Positions 28,309-39,951 of a DNA stretch of 64,000 bases are shown piece by piece. Below the pieces are notes generated by a model that saw nothing but the letters and a program-made list of their open reading frames with translations, was not told the origin of the DNA and made no database searches. Each line of letters begins with the position of its first letter. The first letter of the stretch is position 1. Source of the stretch: Escherichia phage vB_EcoM_CRJP21; the sequence record OQ708376.1; one strand, 5' to 3'. Made by a program: the position numbers and the translations under genes.

Positions 28309-28518
28309 ATGGCTAAAGAAACTAACGCACAAGTACTAGATATCACCGACTTCGACCGCACTGTGAACTACATTCAATTCCAGATTCATCAAGCAGAAGA
28401 AGCTCTAGCAGTATTCCACGGTACTGGTGCAAGGCCAATCCGTTTTGCTCACTTGATTGCATGGAAGAAAAGTCTTCAAGAAGAACTATCTGAACTGCGT
28501 AAAGCAAATCGTAAGTAA
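28309..28518 (+). CDS. Hypothetical protein (69 aa)
   Basis: ORF with RBS AAAGGG. Confidence 0.5.
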   Translation: MAKETNAQVLDITDFDRTVNYIQFQIHQAEEALAVFHGTGARPIRFAHLIAWKKSLQEELSELRKANRK

Positions 28519-28529
28519 TTTATCTTACC

Positions 28530-28558
28530 GCCTCATCATTTTTGATGGGGCATTTTAA
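28530..28558 (+). terminator. Intrinsic terminator
   Basis: GCCTCATCA-TTTT-TGATGGGGC hairpin followed by ATTTTAAT. Confidence 0.55.
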
Positions 28559-28583
28559 TCATATAAAGTAAGAGGATTTATAA

Positions 28584-29090
28584 ATGAGTGTTGAATATTG
28601 GTTTTTGTTTGTGTGTATTGGTACACTTGCATTAATCACCATTGGATTGATTTTCAATACCATGATTAGTGGAAGTAAGTACTTTAAGACATTCCAACTT
28701 TTAATGTCTGCTATGCCATATAGTGCTGATGCCGAAAAAACAATTTCTCTAATTTTAGATAAGTTCGATGCAAATCTTTTGGTGGCTAAAATTTCAGCAT
28801 GTGATACAAATATTTCATTTTACACTGTAGAGACAGAACAGAATGGGATTGATACACAATACTCAAATCCAGTAGTTGCTGAAATTTTCATTGGTTCAAA
28901 ATATTATGCCTATGGATATGTAAGAAAATATTATTCAGAAGCAAAAGCTGAGTTGACGAAGAAGCGACCATCAATAAAAACTTTAAAACGCATCATTGCG
29001 TTGGAAAAATCACTTCGTGGTCAAACAAGCGTTAATGAGCCACCATCAGTGATTAAATCCAAAAAAAGTAATGTTGTGGAGTTGGAGTAA
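28584..29090 (+). CDS. Membrane-anchored protein (168 aa)
   Basis: N-terminal TM helix WFLFVCIGTLALITIGLIF; RBS AAGAGGA. Confidence 0.55.
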   Translation: MSVEYWFLFVCIGTLALITIGLIFNTMISGSKYFKTFQLLMSAMPYSADAEKTISLILDKFDANLLVAKISACDTNISFYTVETEQNGIDTQYSNPVVAEIFIGSKYYAYGYVRKYYSEAKAELTKKRPSIKTLKRIIALEKSLRGQTSVNEPPSVIKSKKSNVVELE

Positions 29091-29380
29091 TGGAACCAGA
29101 AAAATCAAGAAAAATTCTTATTGATGTCCAAACTAAATTACTAGATATTATGGAAATCATCAATGAGTTACCACAGGGTTATCAGTACAAAGTTCGTGAA
29201 ATGTTATCTTGTGCCGAAACCGTTGTTTCTATGTACGATGATATTCAACATGGTATTATCCCTGATATTCTCAAAGATGACGTAAATATTAACACTGAGG
29301 TAAAAGAAACTAAATTAGAATCAGAAACAGTATCTAATAAAAAAGTTCTAGACCTTAGTGGTATAAAAATTAATATCTAA
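29090..29380 (+). CDS. Hypothetical protein (96 aa)
   Basis: ORF overlapping the upstream stop (TAATG). Confidence 0.5.
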   Translation: MEPEKSRKILIDVQTKLLDIMEIINELPQGYQYKVREMLSCAETVVSMYDDIQHGIIPDILKDDVNINTEVKETKLESETVSNKKVLDLSGIKINI

Positions 29381-29402
29381 AAAACATCCAATAGGAGAAG
29401 TA

Positions 29403-29552
29403 ATGAGTAATCAAAAAATCGACTTAGTAGTAAAACTTCAAGAGATTCAAGCACTAGCTAAAGACCTTGATAACACACGTGCATCAGTAGTTGATTCACT
29501 ATGTGCAACAATCCTGACTGTTTTTACAGATTACGAAAAGAAATCTGATTAA
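29403..29552 (+). CDS. Small hypothetical protein (49 aa)
   Basis: RBS TAGGAGAAG then ATG; followed by a terminator; not in the ORF track. Confidence 0.4.
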   Translation: MSNQKIDLVVKLQEIQALAKDLDNTRASVVDSLCATILTVFTDYEKKSD

Positions 29553-29564
29553 ACGTTACTTTGT

Positions 29565-29597
29565 AAATACCCAGTCAAGTACTGGGTATTTTTTTAA
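29565..29597 (+). terminator. Intrinsic terminator
   Basis: AAATACCCAGT-CAAGT-ACTGGGTATTT hairpin followed by TTTTT. Confidence 0.7.
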
Positions 29598-29606
29598 GGA
29601 AATAAA

Positions 29607-29999
29607 ATGACTGAATCTGAACTACGTGAAATGATAGATTTCATTTATGAAATGGTACAAGATAAAAATAACATCAATACAATTGCATCTGGTCCAAGAC
29701 AAATTGGTAACCAAATAACATATTCTTTGTCCTTATGGTTACACCCGTGCATTAAGGTTGATTGTTTGTATTTCCGTCCTGATATTGATGCTTATTATTT
29801 TGTCAATCATGATGCATTAATGAAACCACATAATCGTCCAGTTGATGATAACTTTGTGACGCACCCATTTTACCTTGCTGATTCCGAAGAGGATGAGTTT
29901 CAAAAGAACACAACGTTAAGCCCAGGTGAAATTTGCATCCCTTACACACTAAAAGATAAAATGATTTACATCACAGAAGTTATGAAAACATGCTGGTAA
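29607..29999 (+). CDS. Hypothetical protein (130 aa); possible divergent FFQxS-family member (SEEDEFQKNTTL)
   Basis: ORF with RBS TAAGGAAA. Confidence 0.5.
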   Translation: MTESELREMIDFIYEMVQDKNNINTIASGPRQIGNQITYSLSLWLHPCIKVDCLYFRPDIDAYYFVNHDALMKPHNRPVDDNFVTHPFYLADSEEDEFQKNTTLSPGEICIPYTLKDKMIYITEVMKTCW

Positions 30000-30046
30000 G
30001 TGCAATGAAACTCTGATATAATACTATGACTTACTAAGGAGAACAT

Positions 30047-30616
30047 ATGAACTTTATTAAATTCAACACATATGAGTCAGAAGCATACTTTAATACAAAT
30101 AATAAATTTAATATTATTCTTAAAGACGGAACGGTTGTTATCGGAGTATCATTGCTTTCATTTGATGGCGAAAAACTCAAAACTGTTTATAAATTCACCA
30201 ATCTTGATGGTGATTACTGGGATACGTCAGATGTATCTAAAATTTGCACACATTATGTATTTGAATCTATTGAAGTTGGTGATGGCTGGGCATTGACCTG
30301 TAATGGTAATAAAGTATTTTCTGGTAACATATTTGGAGTAATTTCCAGTAAAGAAATCGTAGACCATCATCTTCATGTTCTCAATAATAACGCCAACACT
30401 TATACACCTGATAATATCAAAATTCACGATATTGTAACATATACTGATTATAATGGTTTCAGACATAAAGCAATCGTAACTGAAGTTAAAAAACCAAAAA
30501 ATTATTTAGACCACGGTTTAATTGAAGTATATATGGTAGGTGGCGAAAAACAATACTTTGATCATTTCACTTATACTGGTTGGGATAGATTCCTAACCGT
30601 TATTGAGGAATACTAA
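30047..30616 (+). CDS. Hypothetical protein (189 aa)
   Basis: ORF with RBS AAGGAGAA. Confidence 0.55.
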   Translation: MNFIKFNTYESEAYFNTNNKFNIILKDGTVVIGVSLLSFDGEKLKTVYKFTNLDGDYWDTSDVSKICTHYVFESIEVGDGWALTCNGNKVFSGNIFGVISSKEIVDHHLHVLNNNANTYTPDNIKIHDIVTYTDYNGFRHKAIVTEVKKPKNYLDHGLIEVYMVGGEKQYFDHFTYTGWDRFLTVIEEY

Positions 30617-30617
30617 C

Positions 30618-31106
30618 ATGCCGATTCGTGGTGTCCCAGAACCATTAATGGAAGTTATTAAGCATGTTCGCATTGGAGATCGAGAAGTTAATCTTCGCCG
30701 TAATAACATTTATTACTTTAAAACTTCAGAAATGAGTTCTGTGCAGATTGTCATTGGTACATCTATTAAGATTACTCGTGTACTTGATGGTAGTACTGAC
30801 TTCGTTGAATATAATGTACTTACTAATAAAGTAACGCATATATATAAATGGAGTGGGTATAAAACTATTAAGTATGAATTTGACTTAGCTAGAACTGAAG
30901 AAGAACGATTTATGCTGAGTACTATCAATCCAGCAAACTATCCCGATCTTGATGCATTTTTGCTAATTTTAAAATTGTATAATGAAGCAAATCAGAAAGC
31001 TAAAGAGTATGATAGAATCATGTATGAACGCCGAAAAGAACGTGCACAAAAAAGTTATGATCTGTATGATAGCCCATACGTGAAATATAGTAAGGGGTCG
31101 AAATGA
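30618..31106 (+). CDS. FFQxS-motif paralog family member (divergent)
   Basis: Motif instance TEEERFMLSTINPANYPDLDAF; start moved to ATG 30618 behind GAGGAA. Confidence 0.5.
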   Translation: MPIRGVPEPLMEVIKHVRIGDREVNLRRNNIYYFKTSEMSSVQIVIGTSIKITRVLDGSTDFVEYNVLTNKVTHIYKWSGYKTIKYEFDLARTEEERFMLSTINPANYPDLDAFLLILKLYNEANQKAKEYDRIMYERRKERAQKSYDLYDSPYVKYSKGSK

Positions 31107-31507
31107 ATAAAGAAGTTCAAATTATCATAACTCCACCTATACAAAGTCTGGATGTATCCATTAGTGATTTTTTGGAAAAATACTATGAATGGTTTAATGA
31201 AGATTCAGTAATTTATAACCATTCATTACCAGATGGTTTCGTGGAGCTTATCGAATTAAATTCAAAATCACTATACTTCTGTGTTGAATACAATGATTAT
31301 ATGACAGATGAAGCTTATCGCTTTCGTTGTACATTGTATCCGAATTATTTTTCAATAGGTTATAAAGATTACCAGTACTGTACCACTAACTATAGTGTTG
31401 AGGAAGAATTTCAGTACAATTTACTTTATCCTGATTTAGATTATACGATTGCAGTACTGTTGACTAAAATCATGGATTTTTATAAAGATAAATATAATGC
31501 AGCCTAA
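31103..31507 (+). CDS. FFQxS-motif paralog family member (divergent)
   Basis: Motif instance VEEEFQYNLLYPDLD. Confidence 0.5.
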   Translation: MNKEVQIIITPPIQSLDVSISDFLEKYYEWFNEDSVIYNHSLPDGFVELIELNSKSLYFCVEYNDYMTDEAYRFRCTLYPNYFSIGYKDYQYCTTNYSVEEEFQYNLLYPDLDYTIAVLLTKIMDFYKDKYNAA

Positions 31508-31682
31508 GACATTTGATGAGTGGTTTAATCTACACTATAATATAAATGCAGCAGATATATACTATTTTAAGCTTGAATTGTATATATCATTGCGTAACCC
31601 AATTGAGTACTATAACAACATTATCAATTGTGATGATTTTGGTACATATTTTAGTATAGCCGTTATGGATATTAAGAGATGA
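31497..31682 (+). CDS. Hypothetical protein (61 aa)
   Basis: ORF overlapping the upstream gene by 11 nt. Confidence 0.4.
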   Translation: MQPKTFDEWFNLHYNINAADIYYFKLELYISLRNPIEYYNNIINCDDFGTYFSIAVMDIKR

Positions 31683-31858
31683 CACATGAAGAATGGATGG
31701 CAATGATGAAAAAACGTTATGACCAGTTTGGAAATGGATTTATTGATGGTCATTTCGATATTTTACGAGACAAATATAAGTTCGAATCATATGTACTAGA
31801 TGAGAATGGAAATCGTTGGTTCATCTATGAGCTTGCGGTTAGAGACAAAAAAATATAA
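31679..31858 (+). CDS. MTHEEW mini-protein family, copy 1 (59 aa)
   Basis: MTHEEWMAMMKKRYDQFGNGFIDGHFDILRDKYKFESYVLDENGNRWFIYELAVRDKKI; not in the ORF track (below length cut-off). Confidence 0.5.
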   Translation: MTHEEWMAMMKKRYDQFGNGFIDGHFDILRDKYKFESYVLDENGNRWFIYELAVRDKKI

Positions 31859-31884
31859 TAACCTTTTCCATTGTCCATTGCAAT

Positions 31885-31955
31885 GCTTTCTTTACAGAAG
31901 AATAAATGAAACACTTAATTGAACTGGATACATAAAATGACACACAAAGAATGGA
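31885..31955 (+). repeat. About 71 bp direct repeat, copy A (degenerate upstream module plus start of MTHEEW gene)
   Basis: GCTTTCTTTACAGAAGAATAAATGAAACACTTAATTGAACTGGATACATAAAATGACACACAAAGAATGGAT is about 90% identical to 32404..32474. Confidence 0.7.
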
Positions 31956-32113
31956 TAGAGTCACTAAAATATAAACATGATCATTTTGGATTTGGTATAC
32001 GCCAAGGCCATTATGATGTTTTGAACGATAAAAAAACGTTCGAATCATTGGTTTTGGACGAAGATTCCAACCACTGGTTCATCTACGAGCTTGCTATTAG
32101 AGATAAAAAATAG
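31937..32113 (+). CDS. MTHEEW mini-protein family, copy 2 (58 aa)
   Basis: MTHKEWIESLKYKHDHFGFGIRQGHYDVLNDKKTFESLVLDEDSNHWFIYELAIRDKK; track 31919 start trimmed to the conserved ATG. Confidence 0.5.
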   Translation: MTHKEWIESLKYKHDHFGFGIRQGHYDVLNDKKTFESLVLDEDSNHWFIYELAIRDKK

Positions 32114-32118
32114 TAAGA

Positions 32119-32454
<336 letters not shown>

Positions 32455-32455
32455 A

Positions 32456-32638
32456 ATGACACACGAAGAATGGATGTCCAAACAGCATAAAGAACATGAC
32501 TGCTTTGGGAATGGCATTCGTCAGGTACATTATGATATATTAAGAGATGAAAATCTTTTCAGGTCATATGTTTTGGATACCAGAAAACCCTGGTTTATAT
32601 GCGAACTGGCATTTAGAAAGTCAAATAATCAAAACTAA
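32456..32638 (+). CDS. MTHEEW mini-protein family, copy 3 (60 aa)
   Basis: MTHEEWMSKQHKEHDCFGNGIRQVHYDILRDENLFRSYVLDTRKPWFICELAFRK; track 32438 start trimmed to the conserved ATG. Confidence 0.5.
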   Translation: MTHEEWMSKQHKEHDCFGNGIRQVHYDILRDENLFRSYVLDTRKPWFICELAFRKSNNQN

Positions 32639-32654
32639 ACAAGGAATACAAAAA

Positions 32655-32873
32655 ATGGAAACAACTTTATTAGAAGTTATTCAATCATTAAAACCTGAAG
32701 ATGAGGTTCAAGTACTACTACATGGTTATCGTGTAAAAGGTACTGTGGTTTTAGTCAATGATACAACATTGGTTATTACAGAAACAAACCCATATGATAG
32801 TAATCAACTTGCCAATATCCATATCGATATCACTGGAATTATTGGTGTCGGTGTATCTAAAACACTTGCATAA
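32655..32873 (+). CDS. Hypothetical protein (72 aa)
   Basis: Track 32547..32873; start moved to ATG 32655 behind AAGGAA, since the upstream part overlaps copy 3. Confidence 0.45.
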   Translation: METTLLEVIQSLKPEDEVQVLLHGYRVKGTVVLVNDTTLVITETNPYDSNQLANIHIDITGIIGVGVSKTLA

Positions 32874-32893
32874 ATCATTAATTCATTATATAA

Positions 32894-33022
<129 letters not shown>

Positions 33023-33026
33023 AATA

Positions 33027-33103
33027 CGGGGTATAGCACAATTGGATAGTGCAAGAGAATTCTAATCTCTAGGTTGGGGGTTCAAGTCCCTCTACCTCGG
33101 CCA
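33027..33103 (+). tRNA. tRNA-Arg (anticodon TCT)
   Basis: Acceptor CGGGGTA / TACCTCG; D-stem GCAC/GTGC; anticodon stem-loop AGAGA-ATTCTAA-TCTCT; T-loop TTCAAGT; CCA encoded. Confidence 0.8.
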
Positions 33104-33126
33104 ATTTTAATTAAAGGTTAAAAACC

Positions 33127-33453
<327 letters not shown>

Positions 33454-33461
33454 AAAAAAAG

Positions 33462-33875
<414 letters not shown>

Positions 33876-33935
33876 CTAAATAATTCAGTACTGAGGATAT
33901 TAATATGTTTAAAGATGAACGTCCAGATTTGTAAA

Positions 33936-34066
<131 letters not shown>

Positions 34067-34069
34067 TAC

Positions 34070-34229
<160 letters not shown>

Positions 34230-34244
34230 CAATGCGAGGTATAA

Positions 34245-34502
<258 letters not shown>

Positions 34503-34510
34503 GAATTTAA

Positions 34511-34912
34511 ATGAAAAAGAATGACTTGATCAAAATGCTTCAAGAAATTGACGGCAATCCAGAGATTGTTATTTGGAATGGATACGTCGATGATTATATG
34601 AACATCGAAAAAGGCTTGACTAAAATCACTCTAGTCAAAGAAACCGAACAGTTTCTTCAGGGTGCATTAGAGCACGAATGGTGTGAACGTAACAATACAT
34701 TCGACATTCCAGAAGACCAACGAACCAAGATTGCAGAACGTGCTAAAGAACTGCATAAGAAACGCGAATACGATTTCCAGAACCCATATGTCACTGAAGA
34801 CGAATTCAATCGCTGGTACGGTAAAAAGAAATTGACAAAGTATGTCCTTTCACCTAAACTACGTGGTAAGACTTCACTTGGTGTATTCAACGCCGCAGAC
34901 TTAAACTACTAG
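34511..34912 (+). CDS. Hypothetical protein (133 aa); paralog of 34925..35140 at the N-terminus
   Basis: N-terminal MKKNDLIKMLQEIDGNPEIVIW matches MKAKDLIKILQNNPEADILIH in the next gene. Confidence 0.5.
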   Translation: MKKNDLIKMLQEIDGNPEIVIWNGYVDDYMNIEKGLTKITLVKETEQFLQGALEHEWCERNNTFDIPEDQRTKIAERAKELHKKREYDFQNPYVTEDEFNRWYGKKKLTKYVLSPKLRGKTSLGVFNAADLNY

Positions 34913-34921
34913 CGGGTATTA

Positions 34922-35471
<550 letters not shown>

Positions 35472-35531
35472 TACAACCGACAATGACGAAAGAACAGTTA
35501 TCAACATTTATCAACGCAGCATTAGATAAAA

Positions 35532-35563
<32 letters not shown>

Positions 35564-35615
35564 TACCAAGCAGCTTGAAGAACTTTGTAGTGCTGCACCT
35601 ATGCCGACTCTTGGC

Positions 35616-35716
<101 letters not shown>

Positions 35717-35728
35717 TATCTTACTTCT

Positions 35729-35818
<90 letters not shown>

Positions 35819-35824
35819 TACACT

Positions 35825-36250
35825 ATGACATACAACATTGTTAAAATGGTGAACTATGTATTAAAAAACAACGCATGGTCACTGCATGATGTACAATTAG
35901 AAGATATTGGTGAAGTTAGAGTATTTTGCTATGATCCAGATTTGAATCAAACCACAGATTTGAGTAAATGTTTTAATATTTTTCTTGGTTATGAATTCAA
36001 TAATCATTTTTATTCATTTGATGTGTATTTTGAAAAAGTTATATTCAGAAGTTATGAATGTGATAATGAAGATTATGATTATGATGATGAATCAATTGAA
36101 TTGAATGTTAACGATATTGATACTGAAGAAAAATTCTTCCAGTACTGCCTCCTTAACGACACATTAGGATTAACATTTGAGGACATTAAAGCTATACTTA
36201 AAGTTCAAAAGTTGATTCCAGAAGAGGTACTAAATCCATTAAATGACTAG
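35825..36250 (+). CDS. FFQxS-motif paralog family member
   Basis: Motif instance TEEKFFQYCLLNDTLGLTFEDI. Confidence 0.6.
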   Translation: MTYNIVKMVNYVLKNNAWSLHDVQLEDIGEVRVFCYDPDLNQTTDLSKCFNIFLGYEFNNHFYSFDVYFEKVIFRSYECDNEDYDYDDESIELNVNDIDTEEKFFQYCLLNDTLGLTFEDIKAILKVQKLIPEEVLNPLND

Positions 36251-36608
36251 TCTAATAGTACGTATAATGCAAGATGTTTGTAATAACCTTTATACAGGCA
36301 ATTTTGACGATCCGAACATAAAAATATTATGTTATGATGGTTTTACAATGGTACATCCATCCTATTCAAATAATATCTACGTAGCATATACAGGTGAAAA
36401 TCTATTGTATCAATTTGATATATATAGTACAATGACAAAGATAATTTTGGATGCCTCTAAACCAGCAATCTTTATTGCTTCTCATGATTACCATTACACT
36501 GAAGAATCACTATTTCAGTACTCAATGATTAATGACATTGGTGGGTTGACATTGGATGAGGTTAATGCTATACTAGCTGTCTCACGTTTGGTTAAAACCC
36601 ACAATTAG
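36243..36608 (+). CDS. FFQxS-motif paralog family member
   Basis: Motif instance TEESLFQYSMINDIGGLTLDEV. Confidence 0.6.
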   Translation: MTSLIVRIMQDVCNNLYTGNFDDPNIKILCYDGFTMVHPSYSNNIYVAYTGENLLYQFDIYSTMTKIILDASKPAIFIASHDYHYTEESLFQYSMINDIGGLTLDEVNAILAVSRLVKTHN

Positions 36609-36617
36609 GAGATTCAT

Positions 36618-36809
36618 ATGTTCTGGAATTTATTATGCTTGTTTGGTCGTACATTGGTTCTTGCTATTATTCATACACCTGGTATTCGTAATTATGTTTC
36701 TTATGAATTTAAGAAAAATTATCACAACAATACTGAAGTTCGTACAACTAAGATGTGCAAAGACTTCAAGGTAGATGTTCCACCATTCAAGAAGTACGAG
36801 GATGAATAA
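36618..36809 (+). CDS. Small membrane protein (63 aa)
   Basis: Hydrophobic N-terminus FWNLLCLFGRTLVLAII; RBS TAGGAGA. Confidence 0.5.
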   Translation: MFWNLLCLFGRTLVLAIIHTPGIRNYVSYEFKKNYHNNTEVRTTKMCKDFKVDVPPFKKYEDE

Positions 36810-37093
36810 TGGAATTCATTGTTGCACCTGATGAACTTAAAACATTCACGTTCAGAGATAATAACAATTATCCTTATACAAATCATTCATTGAATTCATT
36901 ACATGTTATTGCAATCATTGCATCTGAATACAGGGATAATCCATGTATTGATTTTAAAACCACTGATGGCGAATATACATGGGTGATCCCAAAAGATAAA
37001 TATAGTTATCAAGGGGCAGTAGAAATTCGTGACTCGATTCTAAAACAAATCGAAGATGGAAATACTCATCCTAAACTAAACACTCAGTACTGA
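36809..37093 (+). CDS. Hypothetical protein (94 aa)
   Basis: ORF with start overlapping the upstream stop (TAATG). Confidence 0.5.
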   Translation: MEFIVAPDELKTFTFRDNNNYPYTNHSLNSLHVIAIIASEYRDNPCIDFKTTDGEYTWVIPKDKYSYQGAVEIRDSILKQIEDGNTHPKLNTQY

Positions 37094-37106
37094 AATCGTT
37101 TAACCC

Positions 37107-37160
37107 GATAGCTTCTAGTCAGTACTGATTCCTCCTTATGTATAGAAGCTATCACTTTTT
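37107..37160 (+). terminator. Intrinsic terminator (long hairpin)
   Basis: GATAGCTTCTA ... TAGAAGCTATC 11 bp stem with a 25 nt loop, followed by ACTTTTTT. Confidence 0.6.
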
Positions 37161-37249
37161 TACGTATAATGATATTACCCTCAAATTCATTATATTCGTT
37201 ACCCTCTAACAGTATCTTTTTATTCCTCTTGGATGCTGTAATTTAGAAG

Positions 37250-37309
37250 TTGACTTTTTAACTTCTACTGTGTTATACTTAAGGCTGATTCGATGAATCG
37301 GCCTTTTTT
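37250..37309 (+). promoter_or_regulatory. Promoter followed immediately by a terminator-like hairpin
   Basis: TTGACT, 18 bp spacer, TATACT; then GGCTGATTC-GAT-GAATCGGCC hairpin plus TTTTTT directly upstream of the gene start at 37328. Confidence 0.45.
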
Positions 37310-37327
37310 CTTATATAGGTGAATGCA

Positions 37328-37747
37328 ATGAGTTATTTGTTTACTTTAATTGATAAGTATGTTGACATTGTATACCGTCAAGTTTGTAGTGATACGTTTG
37401 AAACAAAAAACCCAATTAGAGATGGCATTTTTGATGTTGTCGTTGGATCATTTTTGAATGGATACACCGAGACATTATACAACAGTAATAATATTTTTAT
37501 TTCAGTTCAATCCAGACATACATCAGACTATGCTGTTAGCATTGATATTTGGGAAAATAATATAGAAATAGATATAACGGAACATACTAACATTCATGTT
37601 GATGATACATTTAATCAATTAACTGAAGAAATGTACTTGCAGTTGAATTTTGTACATAATCTTACAAATATCAGTTATGATACATTAAGGAAAATATGTT
37701 TTCTTAGTGGGGTGATCCGTAGTAATATGAGTAAGGATGGGAAGTGA
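37328..37747 (+). CDS. FFQxS-motif paralog family member (divergent)
   Basis: Motif instance TEEMYLQLNFVHNLTNISYDTL; track start 37319 is GTG, so ATG 37328 behind AGGTGA was used. Confidence 0.5.
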   Translation: MSYLFTLIDKYVDIVYRQVCSDTFETKNPIRDGIFDVVVGSFLNGYTETLYNSNNIFISVQSRHTSDYAVSIDIWENNIEIDITEHTNIHVDDTFNQLTEEMYLQLNFVHNLTNISYDTLRKICFLSGVIRSNMSKDGK

Positions 37748-37748
37748 A

Positions 37749-38165
37749 ATGTTAAAAATTCCACCTAAGTCGTTAACACATCTTATTGAATGTGGTGTAA
37801 TATTTTCCGAAGGTGATACCTCATCATACACATTGGTCGATGAGCCTTATAATTTTTCATACCAATCTTATAAAAATAATTCTAAAATTTCTTGTAGATA
37901 TGCTGAAAACATATTAATAGATGTTTCGTTACATAATGTTCCGAAATTTTACATTGATATCTTTGGTGATTCTTTGACAATTCGAACATATGATTATTTT
38001 ATTAATAAAGACCTCTTGAGTCTTCCAATTGAACATGATACTATAGATTCAGAGATGTTCTTTCAACTATCAACAGTTTACGATTTACAGGGTTTAACTG
38101 TTGAGCAGTTGAATGGAATATTTGAGATTTCACGAAACATACGAAGCAGGAATAAAAATGTCTAA
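37749..38165 (+). CDS. FFQxS-motif paralog family member
   Basis: Motif instance DSEMFFQLSTVYDLQGLTVEQL; start ATG 37749 coupled to the upstream stop. Confidence 0.55.
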   Translation: MLKIPPKSLTHLIECGVIFSEGDTSSYTLVDEPYNFSYQSYKNNSKISCRYAENILIDVSLHNVPKFYIDIFGDSLTIRTYDYFINKDLLSLPIEHDTIDSEMFFQLSTVYDLQGLTVEQLNGIFEISRNIRSRNKNV

Positions 38166-38568
38166 TATTTTAAATGAAAAAACAGTTGATGTTGTTATTG
38201 GTGTTCTTAACACCGCAACTTCATTTCAGAAGAAACACAGTGTTGTATACTTTGGTGAAGATTGTTGGCTGAACTATACTAATAATTCGTTTATAATTCG
38301 TGTAGAGGCTGATGATATTGGATTAACCGTTCAGGTAGGATGTGCCAAAACTGACAAACAAATCACTGTCATTGTTGATAAACTTACGTCTTCTTTTTAT
38401 GATAGTATAGATGATTGTGAACACTATAGTTCAACATTTTATGATACAGAAGAAGAACATTTTATGGAAAGTACTGTTCAAGAGTTAGCTATTCCATATA
38501 AGCTAATGAAAGCAGTGAGTGATTTAATTTTAAAATATAAAAAAATAGGAGTTACTAATGCAATTTAA
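38158..38568 (+). CDS. FFQxS-motif paralog family member (divergent)
   Basis: Motif instance TEEEHFMESTVQELAIPY; start moved to ATG 38158 behind AGGAA. Confidence 0.5.
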   Translation: MSNILNEKTVDVVIGVLNTATSFQKKHSVVYFGEDCWLNYTNNSFIIRVEADDIGLTVQVGCAKTDKQITVIVDKLTSSFYDSIDDCEHYSSTFYDTEEEHFMESTVQELAIPYKLMKAVSDLILKYKKIGVTNAI

Positions 38569-39004
38569 TGGTAAAGTTTCCAAAGTAGGTTTGGTTTTTG
38601 AAAACTGTGAATTTGTTGATATTGATGTAAAGAATGTTTTATGGATGCATATTGCTGATGAGAAGACTCTTTGTAGCCGTTTTTCAAACGGTCTGACAAT
38701 TAGTACTGTTATCGGTGAGTTCGGTATTGCATTACGCAGCAATACACCATCGGATTTCATGGACAACTCTACACTGTTAGACCGTTTAAAAATGCGTGAC
38801 GTTACACACGTTTATCTATATGATACTAACGGTGTTGAACAGCGTTATGTAGTTGAATGGGCTAATTATAACCTTAGTGATCAATATTCAGTAAACCAGC
38901 GTGTTCAAATCACCCCTGGTGGTAATATTGTGTTTGTTAGTTCAACTGGTAAATTAATCAGTGTAGATGATAAAAACATTGACCTATTCACAGCATATAA
39001 CTAA
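38558..39004 (+). CDS. Hypothetical protein (148 aa)
   Basis: ORF with RBS ATAGGAG. Confidence 0.55.
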   Translation: MQFNGKVSKVGLVFENCEFVDIDVKNVLWMHIADEKTLCSRFSNGLTISTVIGEFGIALRSNTPSDFMDNSTLLDRLKMRDVTHVYLYDTNGVEQRYVVEWANYNLSDQYSVNQRVQITPGGNIVFVSSTGKLISVDDKNIDLFTAYN

Positions 39005-39015
39005 TACGAGCTTCC

Positions 39016-39435
39016 ATGAAAACAATCAAAATTCATTTCAAAGACACTTGGACAGAAGTAAGTACTGGTAATATTCAGGATATTTTATATAGTACTGAAA
39101 CTATTCATGTTTATGATGAAGAGACTGCTTCCGAGCAGTTAAAAGTTTTGCATCGTAGTGTTGGTGTGCACACTGAATATGGCATTAAACATACTCGTGA
39201 ATTACTTAATACTAATCACATTGAAACCCGTAAAGCAAACTTATCAAAAGAAGAAATGTTCGATTTCATCCTGAACCATAAAGTTCATATTGAGCCTGAT
39301 GGGTCTATATGGGAGAACACTGCTGGACAAAAAGTGCTGAAAAAATATCATGTTTCAATTGATAATGTAAAAATGTCAGGGTATGATTTGGAAGATGCAA
39401 TTAATGAATATGTATCTAGGCAGAGGGCAAATTGA
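39016..39435 (+). CDS. Hypothetical protein (139 aa)
   Basis: ORF following the upstream gene by 12 nt. Confidence 0.55.
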   Translation: MKTIKIHFKDTWTEVSTGNIQDILYSTETIHVYDEETASEQLKVLHRSVGVHTEYGIKHTRELLNTNHIETRKANLSKEEMFDFILNHKVHIEPDGSIWENTAGQKVLKKYHVSIDNVKMSGYDLEDAINEYVSRQRAN

Positions 39436-39806
39436 TGAGCTTGATAACATTTACAATTATTTGTTGCATTACTATTGTACTTTGTCGCCTGATTCATGTA
39501 TACTCATATCATAAAGCGTTGCGAATCGAACAAGAGATTTACAACGAAAACCGAGAACCAGAACCAGTCAAGAAGCCACCATCACCTTATGGGTTGAAAC
39601 GTGAGATGCATTCTCAAAGTAAAAAGTGGGGTTATGCAATTACTAAAAATGGCTACATCTATACTGCAAGTAATGGTTATTTTCAAATTCACCACGAATT
39701 AGAAGTGGCAGTTCAAATTTTGTGGGAGATGGAGGACATTGGTGGTTATGAGCGTACTAAGTTTGAATTCATATCAAATGATCCAGGAACTTCACGAGAA
39801 ACATGA
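39432..39806 (+). CDS. Membrane-anchored protein (124 aa)
   Basis: N-terminal TM helix LITFTIICCITIVLC. Confidence 0.5.
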   Translation: MMSLITFTIICCITIVLCRLIHVYSYHKALRIEQEIYNENREPEPVKKPPSPYGLKREMHSQSKKWGYAITKNGYIYTASNGYFQIHHELEVAVQILWEMEDIGGYERTKFEFISNDPGTSRET

Positions 39807-39840
39807 TATAATTGTTGATGTGGAGAAGAAGGAAGTCGTT

Positions 39841-39951
39841 ATGAAAAAGCAAGCATATAGAATTTTAGAAGACTTCCATCTAAAAGCATTTATAATGAAG
39901 TTCTGTACAGATGAACATCTTACCGGACGAGTAATACGTAAGGAGTTGTAA
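39841..39951 (+). CDS. Small hypothetical protein (36 aa)
   Basis: Track 39739..39951 overlaps the upstream gene; ATG 39841 behind GGAGAAGAAGGAAG is the most plausible start. Confidence 0.3.
   Translation: MKKQAYRILEDFHLKAFIMKFCTDEHLTGRVIRKEL

Noticed and set aside
30072-30466. ORFs 30072..30296 (+) and 30227..30466 (-) within gene 30047..30616
   Set aside because: Embedded alternative-frame and antisense ORFs; the 189 aa ORF is the parsimonious gene.
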